Shown here: positions 1-9,180 of the stretch, piece by piece
How the letters are laid out: every line of letters begins with the position of its first letter
Position numbering within the stretch: the first letter of the stretch is position 1
Sequence record: PQ473534.1
Source of the DNA: Pseudomonas phage JB8
Direction: 5' to 3' (one strand)
Length of the DNA stretch: 47,273 nt
Notes under the pieces: model-generated
Databases searched by the model: none
The model's input: the letters and a program-made list of their open reading frames with translations, nothing else
Told to the model about the DNA's origin: nothing
Position numbers and translations under genes: made by a program

Positions 1-90
1 ATCCCCTAGTGTCCATCCATTGGCTACTCCAAAAGTTTTTATCCAAGTGTTCACTGTACCAGTAACCACGAGGCTAATACCTTGGGTAGT

Positions 91-120
91 AACCTTGAGG
101 GCTCTAACCTTGAGGGCTCT
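91..120. repeat. perfect tandem duplication of the 15-mer AACCTTGAGGGCTCT (2 copies) inside the non-coding end region
   Basis: Read directly: 91-105 is identical to 106-120. Related ACCTTGGG units occur at 78-90 and at 47245-47273. Confidence 0.8.
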
Positions 121-310
121 AATGGTTAGCACACAAGGTTTCTCCCTGGGCTACACCTGGAGTTGACCCTTTGGAGGGGCCACCCCCACGTTACACCATG
201 GGTTAGCACGCGGATAACCCTTGAGTACACCGGAGGGGAGAATTTGAACTTCAGGGTAACCAGAGGTAGACACTGGGAGAGACGCTGAGGGCTTACTTTA
301 GGTTACCCCC

Positions 311-340
311 TTGACAACACATCGGGATTTGGACTACAAT
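311..340 (+). promoter_or_regulatory. sigma70-like promoter: TTGACA (311-316), 18-nt spacer, TACAAT (335-340)
   Basis: Both hexamers are close to consensus. It sits ~115 nt upstream of the first plus-strand ORF. No phage RNAP gene is present, so host RNAP promoters are expected. Confidence 0.4.
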
Positions 341-454
341 ACCCTTATAAGCCTCTGGGGGAGCTTATTGTTGTAACTATAGGTGAGGACTCAGAGGTAG
401 ACTTACTGTAGTAGATAACCCTATATACACCTAAAGCTTATACAAGGACACACC

Positions 455-607
455 ATGAGTGAGACTGCGAAGCCATCAACCCAGCAAAAGAACAAGGAAA
501 AACCTAAGGCTCCCCGTAAGAGGGTTCCAAACACCTTCTTCGAAGTAGATACAGAAACAGGACTTGTGTACCTTAGGGAAGATTACCTAAAAGGGTTGAC
601 ACAATAA
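455..607 (+). CDS. small basic hypothetical protein (50 aa) MSETAKPSTQQKNKEKPKAPRKRVPNTFFEVDTETGLVYLREDYLKGLTQ; below the 60-aa cutoff of the ORF track
   Basis: ATG at 455 and TAA at 605-607, hand-translated. First ORF downstream of the 311-340 promoter. Lys/Pro-rich N-terminus. Confidence 0.25.
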   Translation: MSETAKPSTQQKNKEKPKAPRKRVPNTFFEVDTETGLVYLREDYLKGLTQ

Positions 608-647
608 GTCAATCTTGAGATAATGACCCTATACAGTAGGAGGCACC

Positions 648-1106
648 ATGAACGTCGTAAACATCAATGATGCCCCGAAGTCGAAACAAGAGAAGCTCGA
701 TGACTTCTGCCGACTGCTAGCCGATGGTAAATCCAAGCGTGACGCTTACGTTGGGGCTGGCTATGCGGAGCACTACGCTGAGGCTAACGCCCAGAAGTAC
801 TACAGGCAGAACGCCGAGTACATCAAAGGGTACATGGATGAGCACATTGGCTCTCATGTTCCCACAGCGCTGAAGGTTGTCCTGCAAATCCTCAACAACC
901 CGAATGAAAAGGGTGGTATTCGACTAAAGGCAGCCCAAGATATCCTGGATCGTGCTGGTCATAACGCGAAAACCAAGGTGGAGATCACCACCAAAGATAC
1001 CAAAGACATGACCACCGAGGAATTGAACAATGAGCTTCAGCGACTTCTTTCGGAAAACCCCCAGTTGGGCGCAATCCTTACTGGAATCAAGCCCGTGGAA
1101 GAGTGA
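648..1106 (+). CDS. terminase small subunit (putative)
   Basis: RBS AGGAGG 4 nt upstream of the ATG. 152 aa, first gene of the packaging/structural arm. The ...RDAYVGAGYAEHYAEANAQKYY... segment resembles the AGYS motif region of Terminase_2-type small subunits. The order TerS - lysis genes - TerL parallels T7 genes 18-19. Confidence 0.5.
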   Translation: MNVVNINDAPKSKQEKLDDFCRLLADGKSKRDAYVGAGYAEHYAEANAQKYYRQNAEYIKGYMDEHIGSHVPTALKVVLQILNNPNEKGGIRLKAAQDILDRAGHNAKTKVEITTKDTKDMTTEELNNELQRLLSENPQLGAILTGIKPVEE

Positions 1107-1119
1107 CAAAGAGCTTGTA

Positions 1120-1554
1120 ATGCTGCGGGAAGGGCTGGTCCTGAGGTGGTATTTGGACTCCCTTGGGAAGTGGACCGCAGGTTATGGTCATCTTCGCCAA
1201 CCTGGCGAGGAAAATTTGACGGTAACCCGCGAGTTGGCCGAAAGGTGGTTGGAACAGGACCTTTCTGAGGCCCGTTCTGCTGCACTAAAACAGGCCAAAA
1301 TGCTTCCCTTTACGACCAAACACCTTTTGGACGTGCTGGTGAGTGTAAACTTCCAATTAGGAACCAGTTGGTACAAGAAATTCCCTAAAACCTGGGGTTT
1401 GATGGTGAAAGGGGAGTTCTACGAAGCTGCCAATGAGGCCCAGCGCTCCACCTGGTACAAACAAACTCCAGTTCGGGTTCGAGATTTTCAGGCTGCCTTG
1501 AGAGATACTCAGGCTATCAAAGACAAACTTGAGGCAGAACAGAATGGCAATTGA
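1120..1554 (+). CDS. endolysin, T4-lysozyme-like glycoside hydrolase family 24
   Basis: MLREGLVLRWYLDSLGKWTAGYGH aligns with T4 lysozyme [26 protein letters not shown], with catalytic Glu, Asp and Thr all in register. Start moved to the internal ATG at 1120, just after the TerS stop. Confidence 0.8.
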   Translation: MLREGLVLRWYLDSLGKWTAGYGHLRQPGEENLTVTRELAERWLEQDLSEARSAALKQAKMLPFTTKHLLDVLVSVNFQLGTSWYKKFPKTWGLMVKGEFYEAANEAQRSTWYKQTPVRVRDFQAALRDTQAIKDKLEAEQNGN

Positions 1555-2551
1555 ACCCGCGCAGTTAATCTACGATAATGTGGATGACACCCTATACGCT
1601 ACCACTTCTGAGGGCCTGAAAGGCTTTGGTGGAGGTAGTGGGGGTATTCCTGAAGCACCAATCAATGGGAATAGATTCACCCGGAGCCTCACCACCTGGG
1701 TTCCTGACAATGAAATTGACAGGGCCAGTGGAAATACCCTGATCGTTAGCTGTAGTGAAATGAATTATGGCACCAAGTATTTCATCTGGGACTCTAACAC
1801 CCCAGGTAGCAAATCTCTTGGTATCTCCATGCCCTCTAGTGTAGTGACTGGTGCTCCTCAGGCATGGAGATTTGAGATCATCATCGCTGGTCCCAATGCC
1901 ATTGACGACCTCACTATTGGTGGTAGCTTTGGGTCCTATGGTGGACAAGTGACCGTCAGTATCGATGGTGAAAGGATGCCTGCTCCAGGGACTCTTCCGG
2001 GCAGTGCTCTTCGTTTTCACCAAAGGATTCGCAATACTGATCTATCAGGAGGGACTGGCTCCCCAAATCCACTGTCTGTGTTCCCATACCTTTGCTCCAT
2101 GATTACCGTCAGTGCCCTAAGGGACCCCAACGGTGACATGTTCGTAGGTGTCAAAGCTCCAGAGGATTTCTATATTGTACCGACGTTCACTCAAGATACC
2201 GTTGATGTGGATTGGGGACAAGTAGAGATTCTGTACAAGGATAAGACCCTTGAGTTGCTCGGCCCTATGGGATTCCCAACTGGTCCAAACTTGCCTGTTG
2301 GTCAGACAGTTATTGCGAACATCGATCCAGATAGTTCCTTCAGTAATTTGTCGTACCAGTTTGGTAGTCCTCAGTTTAGTGGGGATTTCCGAGTACCTGT
2401 GTATGTCACGGACGGTTCTTCGGGTATACACGAGGCTAGGCTCTTGTGTCAGAATAGCCAGTTGATCATCGAGACTGATACAATCATCAACGATGCAAAC
2501 GGTATTCAATTCTTCCATAGACTTCCCTGCACGATGTATACGCCAGTATGA
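1544..2551 (+). CDS. hypothetical protein (335 aa), Gly/Ser/Thr-rich, no TM segment; function unknown
   Basis: ORF with GAGG RBS 9 nt before the ATG at 1544. Lies between the lysozyme and the spanin-like gene. Confidence 0.5.
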   Translation: MAIEPAQLIYDNVDDTLYATTSEGLKGFGGGSGGIPEAPINGNRFTRSLTTWVPDNEIDRASGNTLIVSCSEMNYGTKYFIWDSNTPGSKSLGISMPSSVVTGAPQAWRFEIIIAGPNAIDDLTIGGSFGSYGGQVTVSIDGERMPAPGTLPGSALRFHQRIRNTDLSGGTGSPNPLSVFPYLCSMITVSALRDPNGDMFVGVKAPEDFYIVPTFTQDTVDVDWGQVEILYKDKTLELLGPMGFPTGPNLPVGQTVIANIDPDSSFSNLSYQFGSPQFSGDFRVPVYVTDGSSGIHEARLLCQNSQLIIETDTIINDANGIQFFHRLPCTMYTPV

Positions 2552-2988
2552 TGAAGATTATAGCTTTAGCCCTATGCTTGGGCTTAACCGGGTGTGCGAG
2601 TACCTTGGGGGCAATTGGCGCCCTCTCCTCCGCTGCTGTTCCCAAGGTATCCGCCTCTGCTCATATTGGTGACAACAAGACCAAGGTCGATAAGGCTGAG
2701 GCTCAGGTTGGAAGCAAGACTGAAACAAAATCGACGGTCAAGAAGGTAGAGGCCAAAAAGGCCACTGTAGACCAGTCAACCAAGAAGCAAGATAAAAAGA
2801 CAGAGATTGGAGAGGTCAAGGGTAATGTGTCGGTACAGCAAGGTCCCGATACGTTTACCCTCGTGGCTCTAGCTTCGGGCTGGCCGCTCTTTGTCTTGTT
2901 TCTGATTTGGGTCGCTCTGAGGAGAGTGCGTAATGTCCGAAACCGTCGAAGAGAGACTTCTGAAGACAATACAGGAGTTGCAGGATAG
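2548..2988 (+). CDS. lipoprotein with a C-terminal transmembrane helix (u-spanin-like architecture)
   Basis: N-terminal signal peptide with lipobox LTGC (Cys16). Lys-rich middle region. C-terminal TM FTLVALASGWPLFVLFLIWVAL followed by a basic tail. Overlaps the TerL start by 56 nt. Confidence 0.5.
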   Translation: MMKIIALALCLGLTGCASTLGAIGALSSAAVPKVSASAHIGDNKTKVDKAEAQVGSKTETKSTVKKVEAKKATVDQSTKKQDKKTEIGEVKGNVSVQQGPDTFTLVALASGWPLFVLFLIWVALRRVRNVRNRRRETSEDNTGVAG

Positions 2989-4384
2989 GCAGAAATACTG
3001 GAGAATGAAGTTCTACAACCCGTATGGTTGGCAAGAGAAGTTCATTAATGCGTCAGTAGACTCTGCACAACTCCTGGCTATGACTGGTAACCGGTGTGGG
3101 AAAACCTACACCGGGGGCTTTATCATGGCATGCCACCTAACTGGGTTGTATCCAGATTGGTGGGAAGGTCGAAGATTTGATCGTCCCATCCAGGCTTGGG
3201 CCGCAGGTATCTCAACAGATACTACCAGGGACATTCTCCAGTCAGAACTTCTGGGTCAGTGGAACGACCCAATGAAGTATGGCACTGGGATGATTCCTAA
3301 AGAGTTGATCGTTGAGGTTGTTAACAAGCCAGGTGTTCCTGGGGCATACCAAGCTGTTCTTGTTAAGCACATTAGTGGTGGTGTCTCTACCTTAGTCTTC
3401 AAGTCCTACGAAATGTCGCAAGACAAATTCATGGGTACTGCTATCGATGTTATCTGGCTGGATGAGGAGTGTCCGAAAGACATTTTCACCCAGTGTGTAA
3501 CTCGTACTGCAACTACCGGTGGTATCGTCTACCTGACATTTACACCAGAGTCTGGGTTAACTGAGCTGGTTAAGGACTTCATGTACGACCTGAAGCCTGG
3601 ACAGTTCATGATTCAAGCTTCCTGGGAAGATGCTCCACACTTGGACGACAAGGTTAAAGAGCAGCTTCTGTCTGTTTATAGCCCATCAGAGCGCGCAATG
3701 CGTTCTCAAGGTATTCCATCCCTGGGTACTGGTGTCGTGTTCCCTATCAAGGAAGAGAAGGTCGTTTGTGATCCAATCTCAATCCCTGAACACTGGCATC
3801 GGATCATAGGGATCGACCTTGGGTTTGACCACCCAAATGGTGTAGCCTGTATCGCGTGGGACAACGAAAGGGATGTCTACTACCTTTATGACGAGTATTC
3901 TGAGAAGGGAGAAACCCTACAGATGCACGCCAATGCTATCCGAGGAAAGGGTGGTGACAGGATCCCAGTGGTCGTTCCTCATGATGCATTTAAACACGAT
4001 GGTGCAACCTCAGGTAAGAAGTTCGTCGATCTGTACAAAGAGTTTGGTTTAGACATTGTGATGCAGCCGTTCAGCAACCCTCCAGGTCCTGATGGGAAAC
4101 CTGGTGGTAACTCTGTAGAGTATGGAGTTAACTACATGCTGAAGCTGATGGAGGAGGGACGGCTTAAAGTCTTCCCAACTTGCACAAAGTTCCTGCAAGA
4201 AATGAAAACCTATCACCGCAAAGATGGAAAGATCGTTGCTGTCGGTGATGACATGATTTCAGCAGCCAGGTACGGGATCATTATGATGCCCCGTTACGGT
4301 AGACCAGTAACCTACTCAAACAGCGGATATTACTACTCAAGTAATAAACCTTTGATCCCATCGTGGTATAATGGTGTTGTATAA
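2933..4384 (+). CDS. terminase large subunit
   Basis: GAGGAG RBS 8 nt upstream. 483 aa with Walker A TGNRCGKT and Walker B-like VIWLDEE. Sits immediately upstream of the portal. Confidence 0.85.
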   Translation: MSETVEERLLKTIQELQDRQKYWRMKFYNPYGWQEKFINASVDSAQLLAMTGNRCGKTYTGGFIMACHLTGLYPDWWEGRRFDRPIQAWAAGISTDTTRDILQSELLGQWNDPMKYGTGMIPKELIVEVVNKPGVPGAYQAVLVKHISGGVSTLVFKSYEMSQDKFMGTAIDVIWLDEECPKDIFTQCVTRTATTGGIVYLTFTPESGLTELVKDFMYDLKPGQFMIQASWEDAPHLDDKVKEQLLSVYSPSERAMRSQGIPSLGTGVVFPIKEEKVVCDPISIPEHWHRIIGIDLGFDHPNGVACIAWDNERDVYYLYDEYSEKGETLQMHANAIRGKGGDRIPVVVPHDAFKHDGATSGKKFVDLYKEFGLDIVMQPFSNPPGPDGKPGGNSVEYGVNYMLKLMEEGRLKVFPTCTKFLQEMKTYHRKDGKIVAVGDDMISAARYGIIMMPRYGRPVTYSNSGYYYSSNKPLIPSWYNGVV

Positions 4385-4402
4385 CACTGAAGGAGAAAGA
4401 AC

Positions 4403-6523
4403 TTGGCTAAGCGCTCCAAAATCAAACCTATGTCCGATGATGAGGTACTTAGCCAAGTCAACAACTGGCTGGCAGATGCCCTGGACTACAACAACACTGA
4501 GTTATCTCAACAACGTGCGGATGGTTTAAAATACTATCTGGGTGAGAAATTCGGTAACGAACAACCAGGTAAGTCCCAAATCGTTACCAGGGATATCGCT
4601 GAGACTATTGACGCTATCATGCCTAGTCTCATGAAGGTGTTCACCTCTGGTAAGTGTGTGGTCAAGTACGAACCTCAGAACGCTGATGACGTGCCTCTGG
4701 CCGAGCAAGAAACCGAATACGTTAACTATATCTTCACCCGTCGCAACCCTGGCTTCAAGATCATGCACGACTGGTTCCAGGACGCGCTGATGATGAAGAA
4801 TGGGGTTACTAAGGTTTATGTCGAAGAATGCAACTACCCGAAGTTTGATTACTTCACTGGGCTAACCCCAGAAATGGTAGTGGACATCCTTTCTGATCCA
4901 GACACTGAGCTACTCGCCCAGACTGAGAATGAGGATGGTACTGTCGATATCAAGATCAGCCGGATGCACAGAAAGCGTGAGATTAAAGTCTGCGCTATTC
5001 CTCCGGAAGAGTTTCTCATTGATCGTGATGCTCGAAGCATTGAGGACGCCCAGTTCGTTGCTCACCGTAGCAAACAGACCCGTAGCTGGCTGAAGAACTT
5101 GGGCGTAAGCGATGACATTCTGGACGAACTCCAGTATGACACCTTCGACCAGACTGAGACTTCCCCAGAAGCTCTCGCTCGTGATACCTGGGATGGCTCC
5201 GGTGATTCCGGCTACCAGGTTGGTCCAGAGGCTCCAGCCAATCGTAAGATTTGGGTTACCGAGTCGTACGTGAATCTCGACGTTGACGGCGATGGGTATG
5301 CTGAGCTTCGTCGGATTCTCCACGTCGACAACCATGTGTTGTTCAACGAAGAGGCATCCTGCAAGCCGTTTGCTGACTTGACTAGCCATCGTCTGGCTCA
5401 CAAGTTCTACGGTATGTCGATCTACGACCGCATTAAGGACATCCAAGAGATCCGCTCTACCCTTATGCGTAACGTACTCGATAACGTGTACCGTATGAAT
5501 AACGGTCGGTTCGCTGTGGTTGACGGTGCTGTTAACATTGATGACCTCATTACGAACAATACGGCTGGTATCGTTCGGATGAAGGCGCAAGGTTCTGTAC
5601 AGCCCCTGGATACCCCACAACTCTCCGGCGACGTGTACAACATGCTCGACCGTTTGGAGGCTGACCGTGCCAAGCGAACTGGTGTTTCTGATCGCACTCG
5701 GGGTCTCGATCCTGATACTCTACACTCTAACCAAGCTGCGATGAGTGTCAACCAGGTCATGACTGCTAGTGAACAGCAGATTGATCTGATTGCTCGCATG
5801 TTTGCAGAGACTGGTGTTAAGGACCTGTTCCAACTGATTCACGATTTCGCCATCAAGTACCAAGACCAAGAAGAGGTCTTTGAGCTTCGTGGCCAGTGGG
5901 TTAGCGTTAATCCTTCCAACTGGAGGGAACGCACCGATCTGACCGTATGTGTCGGAATCGGGAATATGAACAAGGACCAACAGTTGATGCACCTGATGCG
6001 CATGTGGGAAATGGCGCAAGCAGTTGTAGCAAATGGTGGATTGGGTATTCTCGTAGACACAAATAACCTGTATAATATACTTAAAGAGATCACTGAAAAC
6101 GCAGGTTATAAGGATGTCACGAAGTTCTGGCTAGATCCGAACACTCCGCAGTCCCAGCAAGCTCAACAGCAGAAAGCTGAAGCTGATGCCAAACCTGGTC
6201 CCGACGAGATTAAAGCTCAGGCTGATCTCATGCGGGCACAAGCTGAAGCTCAGTCTAAGCAAGCAGAAGCCGCTAAGGCCCAAGCTGAAATGCAGATCAA
6301 GCTTGCAGAAATGGAGGTCAAGAAACAAGAGACCACTATTAAGCTGCGTGAAATGGCACTCAAGGAAGCCGAGTTGGAGTTCGAACGCGAGAAGTTTGCG
6401 TGGGAACGTGCTCGTGACGAAGCTGAATATGAACTTGAGGATCGTCAACAACGGCAAGTGGCTATTGGTGATGGACAGGTTCCAGAAACCAAGAAGCCTC
6501 GCAAGAAGCCCAGTAATGAGTGA
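4403..6523 (+). CDS. portal protein
   Basis: 706 aa, directly after TerL. C-terminal ~130 aa form a Gln/Ala/Glu/Lys-rich coiled coil plus a basic tail, typical of podovirus portals. Confidence 0.75.
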   Translation: MAKRSKIKPMSDDEVLSQVNNWLADALDYNNTELSQQRADGLKYYLGEKFGNEQPGKSQIVTRDIAETIDAIMPSLMKVFTSGKCVVKYEPQNADDVPLAEQETEYVNYIFTRRNPGFKIMHDWFQDALMMKNGVTKVYVEECNYPKFDYFTGLTPEMVVDILSDPDTELLAQTENEDGTVDIKISRMHRKREIKVCAIPPEEFLIDRDARSIEDAQFVAHRSKQTRSWLKNLGVSDDILDELQYDTFDQTETSPEALARDTWDGSGDSGYQVGPEAPANRKIWVTESYVNLDVDGDGYAELRRILHVDNHVLFNEEASCKPFADLTSHRLAHKFYGMSIYDRIKDIQEIRSTLMRNVLDNVYRMNNGRFAVVDGAVNIDDLITNNTAGIVRMKAQGSVQPLDTPQLSGDVYNMLDRLEADRAKRTGVSDRTRGLDPDTLHSNQAAMSVNQVMTASEQQIDLIARMFAETGVKDLFQLIHDFAIKYQDQEEVFELRGQWVSVNPSNWRERTDLTVCVGIGNMNKDQQLMHLMRMWEMAQAVVANGGLGILVDTNNLYNILKEITENAGYKDVTKFWLDPNTPQSQQAQQQKAEADAKPGPDEIKAQADLMRAQAEAQSKQAEAAKAQAEMQIKLAEMEVKKQETTIKLREMALKEAELEFEREKFAWERARDEAEYELEDRQQRQVAIGDGQVPETKKPRKKPSNE

Positions 6524-6786
6524 ACCTAATGGCTGACGACGTAAAGATCGGATACTCCATGTATCTGACTGAACGTGTCGAAGAACTTCTCAGAGAAGGT
6601 ACTCTGAATGAGATCCTAGAGTTCATCAAACAGGACCTACAGAGGGAGTGGCTACAAACCGCTCCTTCTGATTCTGAGACACGAGAACTTATCTACCAAG
6701 AGATTCATGCGTTGAATCGTATTGACCTAAAGGTGCAATCTATTGTTGATCACCTTAGGTTTGCTAAGAAGCGAGGAGAGAGCTAA
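6520..6786 (+). CDS. hypothetical protein (88 aa; alternative ATG at 6529)
   Basis: ORF between portal and scaffold. The track start at 6520 is GTG. Confidence 0.4.
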   Translation: MNLMADDVKIGYSMYLTERVEELLREGTLNEILEFIKQDLQREWLQTAPSDSETRELIYQEIHALNRIDLKVQSIVDHLRFAKKRGES

Positions 6787-7808
6787 TGTTTGTATCTGCT
6801 GACGGTCAAGCGTTGACCGAATCTGCTGCTGCTGATCTTCTGGAAGGAATGATGGACGATCAGGGCAATCTTCCTACGGATGATAATTATGAAGAGCCTG
6901 AGGCGTCCGCTGAAGTGGACACCGAAGAGTCGGATGAAGAGCAACCGGAAGGTGAGCCCGAGGACTCTGGTGATAATGCGGAGGACGAGGATCAACCAGG
7001 TGAAACTGAGGAAGAGCCCGAGGAAGTACCTGAGGCTCCTGAGGATGAGCCTGAGGCTGACAAACTGTACGACATCGAAATCGACGGTGAAGTATACGAA
7101 GTCAACATGGAAGAACTCCAAGCTGGTTATCTCCGCAATGAGCAGCTTGTTAAGCGACAAACTGAACTCGAAAGCCAGTTCGCTGAGAAAGAGCGACAGC
7201 TCGAAGAGAAAGAGATCCAACTAACTCAAGAGTTAGACAATGTGATTGCTGGCCAGGCTGTTGAGCTTGCTCAGTATCAACGAGTTAACTGGGAACAGCT
7301 TAAAGCTGAAGACCCAGATCAGTATGCCGTTCTCCGTGCCCAATACTTCGATGCACAAGAGCGATTCCAGCAAAACCGTGAGCGTCAACGCCAGGTGTTG
7401 GAACTTCGTAATAAAGCCGAAGAATTGAAGCACCAAGCTTATCTTCGAACTCAAGGTGAGTTGGTTCGTAAGCTTGTCCCCGAGTTTGAGGATCCGGAGT
7501 TTCAAAAAACTCTTGTTGCATTTGGGGAAAAACTTGGTTATACTGAGAATGAAGTCAGGAGTATTTCTAATGCTCGGGACATTTATGTTCTAAACCAAGC
7601 AAGGTTATACGCCGAGACTCAGGCACGTCGCAAGGCTGCCGAAGAGAAGAAAGTGTCTAAGGAAGTGCCACCCGTCCTCAAACCGGGTGCTCCGAAGGCA
7701 ACAGGACAAGAGCAGAAACAAAAAGCGAAAGCTGCTGCACAACGGTTTGCTAAATCTCATTCGGCCCGTGATGCAGCCCAACTGTTCTTGGACTCTGGTG
7801 TTATCTAA
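6786..7808 (+). CDS. scaffolding protein (putative)
   Basis: Lies between portal and capsid. Extremely acidic N-terminal ~60 aa (EEPEASAEVDTEESDEEQPEGEPEDS...) followed by long coiled-coil segments. Confidence 0.6.
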   Translation: MFVSADGQALTESAAADLLEGMMDDQGNLPTDDNYEEPEASAEVDTEESDEEQPEGEPEDSGDNAEDEDQPGETEEEPEEVPEAPEDEPEADKLYDIEIDGEVYEVNMEELQAGYLRNEQLVKRQTELESQFAEKERQLEEKEIQLTQELDNVIAGQAVELAQYQRVNWEQLKAEDPDQYAVLRAQYFDAQERFQQNRERQRQVLELRNKAEELKHQAYLRTQGELVRKLVPEFEDPEFQKTLVAFGEKLGYTENEVRSISNARDIYVLNQARLYAETQARRKAAEEKKVSKEVPPVLKPGAPKATGQEQKQKAKAAAQRFAKSHSARDAAQLFLDSGVI

Positions 7809-7828
7809 AACCCAATTGAGGATACAAC

Positions 7829-8776
7829 ATGGCTACTCCTGCTAATGCCGTTAGCACTGTGCTCATCAAAGGTCAACGCGAAGACCTGATCGATGTTATC
7901 TACAATATCGATCCGTACGACACCCCGTTCATTCAAGCGACCGGTACTGGTACCGCTAAGGCCATTACCCACGAGTGGCAAACCGACGAGCTCCGTGCTC
8001 CGGCTGCCAACGCTCGAATCGAAGGTGAAGACGCTACCATCAAACCTGGTACTTTCACCACTGTCCTGAACAACATTTGCCAAATCTCGGACGAGACCCT
8101 GCAAGTGACCGGTACTGCGGATGCTGTTGATAAGGCAGGCCGTAAGACTGAACTTGCTTACCAGCTCGCCAAAAAAGGCAAAGAGCTGCGCATGGACATG
8201 GAGTACGGACTGGTTGGTGCTCCGCAGGCCAAAGTACAGCGCAACAACACCACTGCCGGTCAATACGGTAACATCTTTGCCTACTACAAAACCAACGGCT
8301 CCCTCGGTGCCACTGGTGTTGCTCCGGTAGGTGATGGTTCTGATACCGGTACTCCGGGTACTCCGCGTGCTCTGACTGAAGATCTCCTGCTGACTGCTTC
8401 TGAGAACATTTGGGTCAACGGTGGTAAGGCTAACACCATCCACTGCAACAGCACCCTGAAGAAGAAAATCAGCTCTGACTTCAAAGGTCGTGCAACCGAG
8501 ATCACCCTCGACAGCGCTGACAATCGCATCAGCCAAGCAGTTGACGTCTATGAGACCGACTTCGGTACTTACAAGATTGTCAAGAACCGTTGGTTCGCTG
8601 CTGACGCCCTGTTCATGTTCGACCCGTCGATGCACTCGATCTGCTACCTGCGTGCCTTCCGTCAGTATCCCCTGGCGAAGACCGGTGACAGCGAGAAGCG
8701 TCAACTGATCGTTGAGTACACCCTGCGTGTCAACAACGAGAAGTCGGGCGCTCTGATCCGCGATCTCACTGCGTAA
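7829..8776 (+). CDS. major capsid protein (putative)
   Basis: 315 aa ORF after the scaffold, followed immediately by a strong intrinsic terminator (typical for the most highly expressed late gene). Codon usage looks highly expressed. Confidence 0.65.
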   Translation: MATPANAVSTVLIKGQREDLIDVIYNIDPYDTPFIQATGTGTAKAITHEWQTDELRAPAANARIEGEDATIKPGTFTTVLNNICQISDETLQVTGTADAVDKAGRKTELAYQLAKKGKELRMDMEYGLVGAPQAKVQRNNTTAGQYGNIFAYYKTNGSLGATGVAPVGDGSDTGTPGTPRALTEDLLLTASENIWVNGGKANTIHCNSTLKKKISSDFKGRATEITLDSADNRISQAVDVYETDFGTYKIVKNRWFAADALFMFDPSMHSICYLRAFRQYPLAKTGDSEKRQLIVEYTLRVNNEKSGALIRDLTA

Positions 8777-8784
8777 GCCCATAA

Positions 8785-8813
8785 GGGGAGCCTTCGGGTT
8801 CCCCTTTTTTGTT
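8785..8813 (+). terminator. rho-independent terminator after the capsid gene
   Basis: GGGGAGCC-ttcg-GGTTCCCC hairpin followed by TTTTTTGTTTG. Confidence 0.75.
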
Positions 8814-8832
8814 TGTATTTGAGGAGATTTCA

Positions 8833-9180
8833 ATGGACGGTATTAAATCTACCTACCATTTTGATGAAGATACTGGCGCATTCACTCGCCAAGATACCCA
8901 GGATGTTCAAGCAATCCTTGATGCAAACGCAGAGGAGCGCCACTCTGGGGTTAATCAGAGGCGCAACAGCAACATGCGCAAAGTGGCCAGCATTCCCCTG
9001 GTGGTTGTTGAGTATCTTCGTACTCGACCCATGTCTGAAGGTGGCCCCATCGATCTGAATCTTATTGGAGTGGACCCTGATCATGCAGCCCGATTCGCTC
9101 GGTTCCTGAATGACAGAGATAACTATCGGTTCAGAACCTCGGAGGCGAATGTAGGAAATGGCAGTAACATCTTACTCTGA
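8833..9180 (+). CDS. hypothetical virion/head-tail protein (115 aa)
   Basis: GAGGAG RBS before the ATG at 8833. Position in the structural module. Confidence 0.45.
   Translation: MDGIKSTYHFDEDTGAFTRQDTQDVQAILDANAEERHSGVNQRRNSNMRKVASIPLVVVEYLRTRPMSEGGPIDLNLIGVDPDHAARFARFLNDRDNYRFRTSEANVGNGSNILL

Noticed and set aside
4910-5620. 236-aa minus-strand ORF inside the portal gene. Similar long antisense ORFs lie opposite the capsid gene (7805-8833), the 518-aa protein (17517-18330), the 1043-aa protein (19764-21275), the SSB (26819-27589 on the plus strand) and the amidoligase-like gene (39012-39836 on the plus strand).
   Set aside because: All are antisense to well-supported genes. They have odd amino-acid composition (Arg/Ser/Thr/Pro-rich), typical of stop-poor reverse frames, and no RBS. 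Treated as artefacts.
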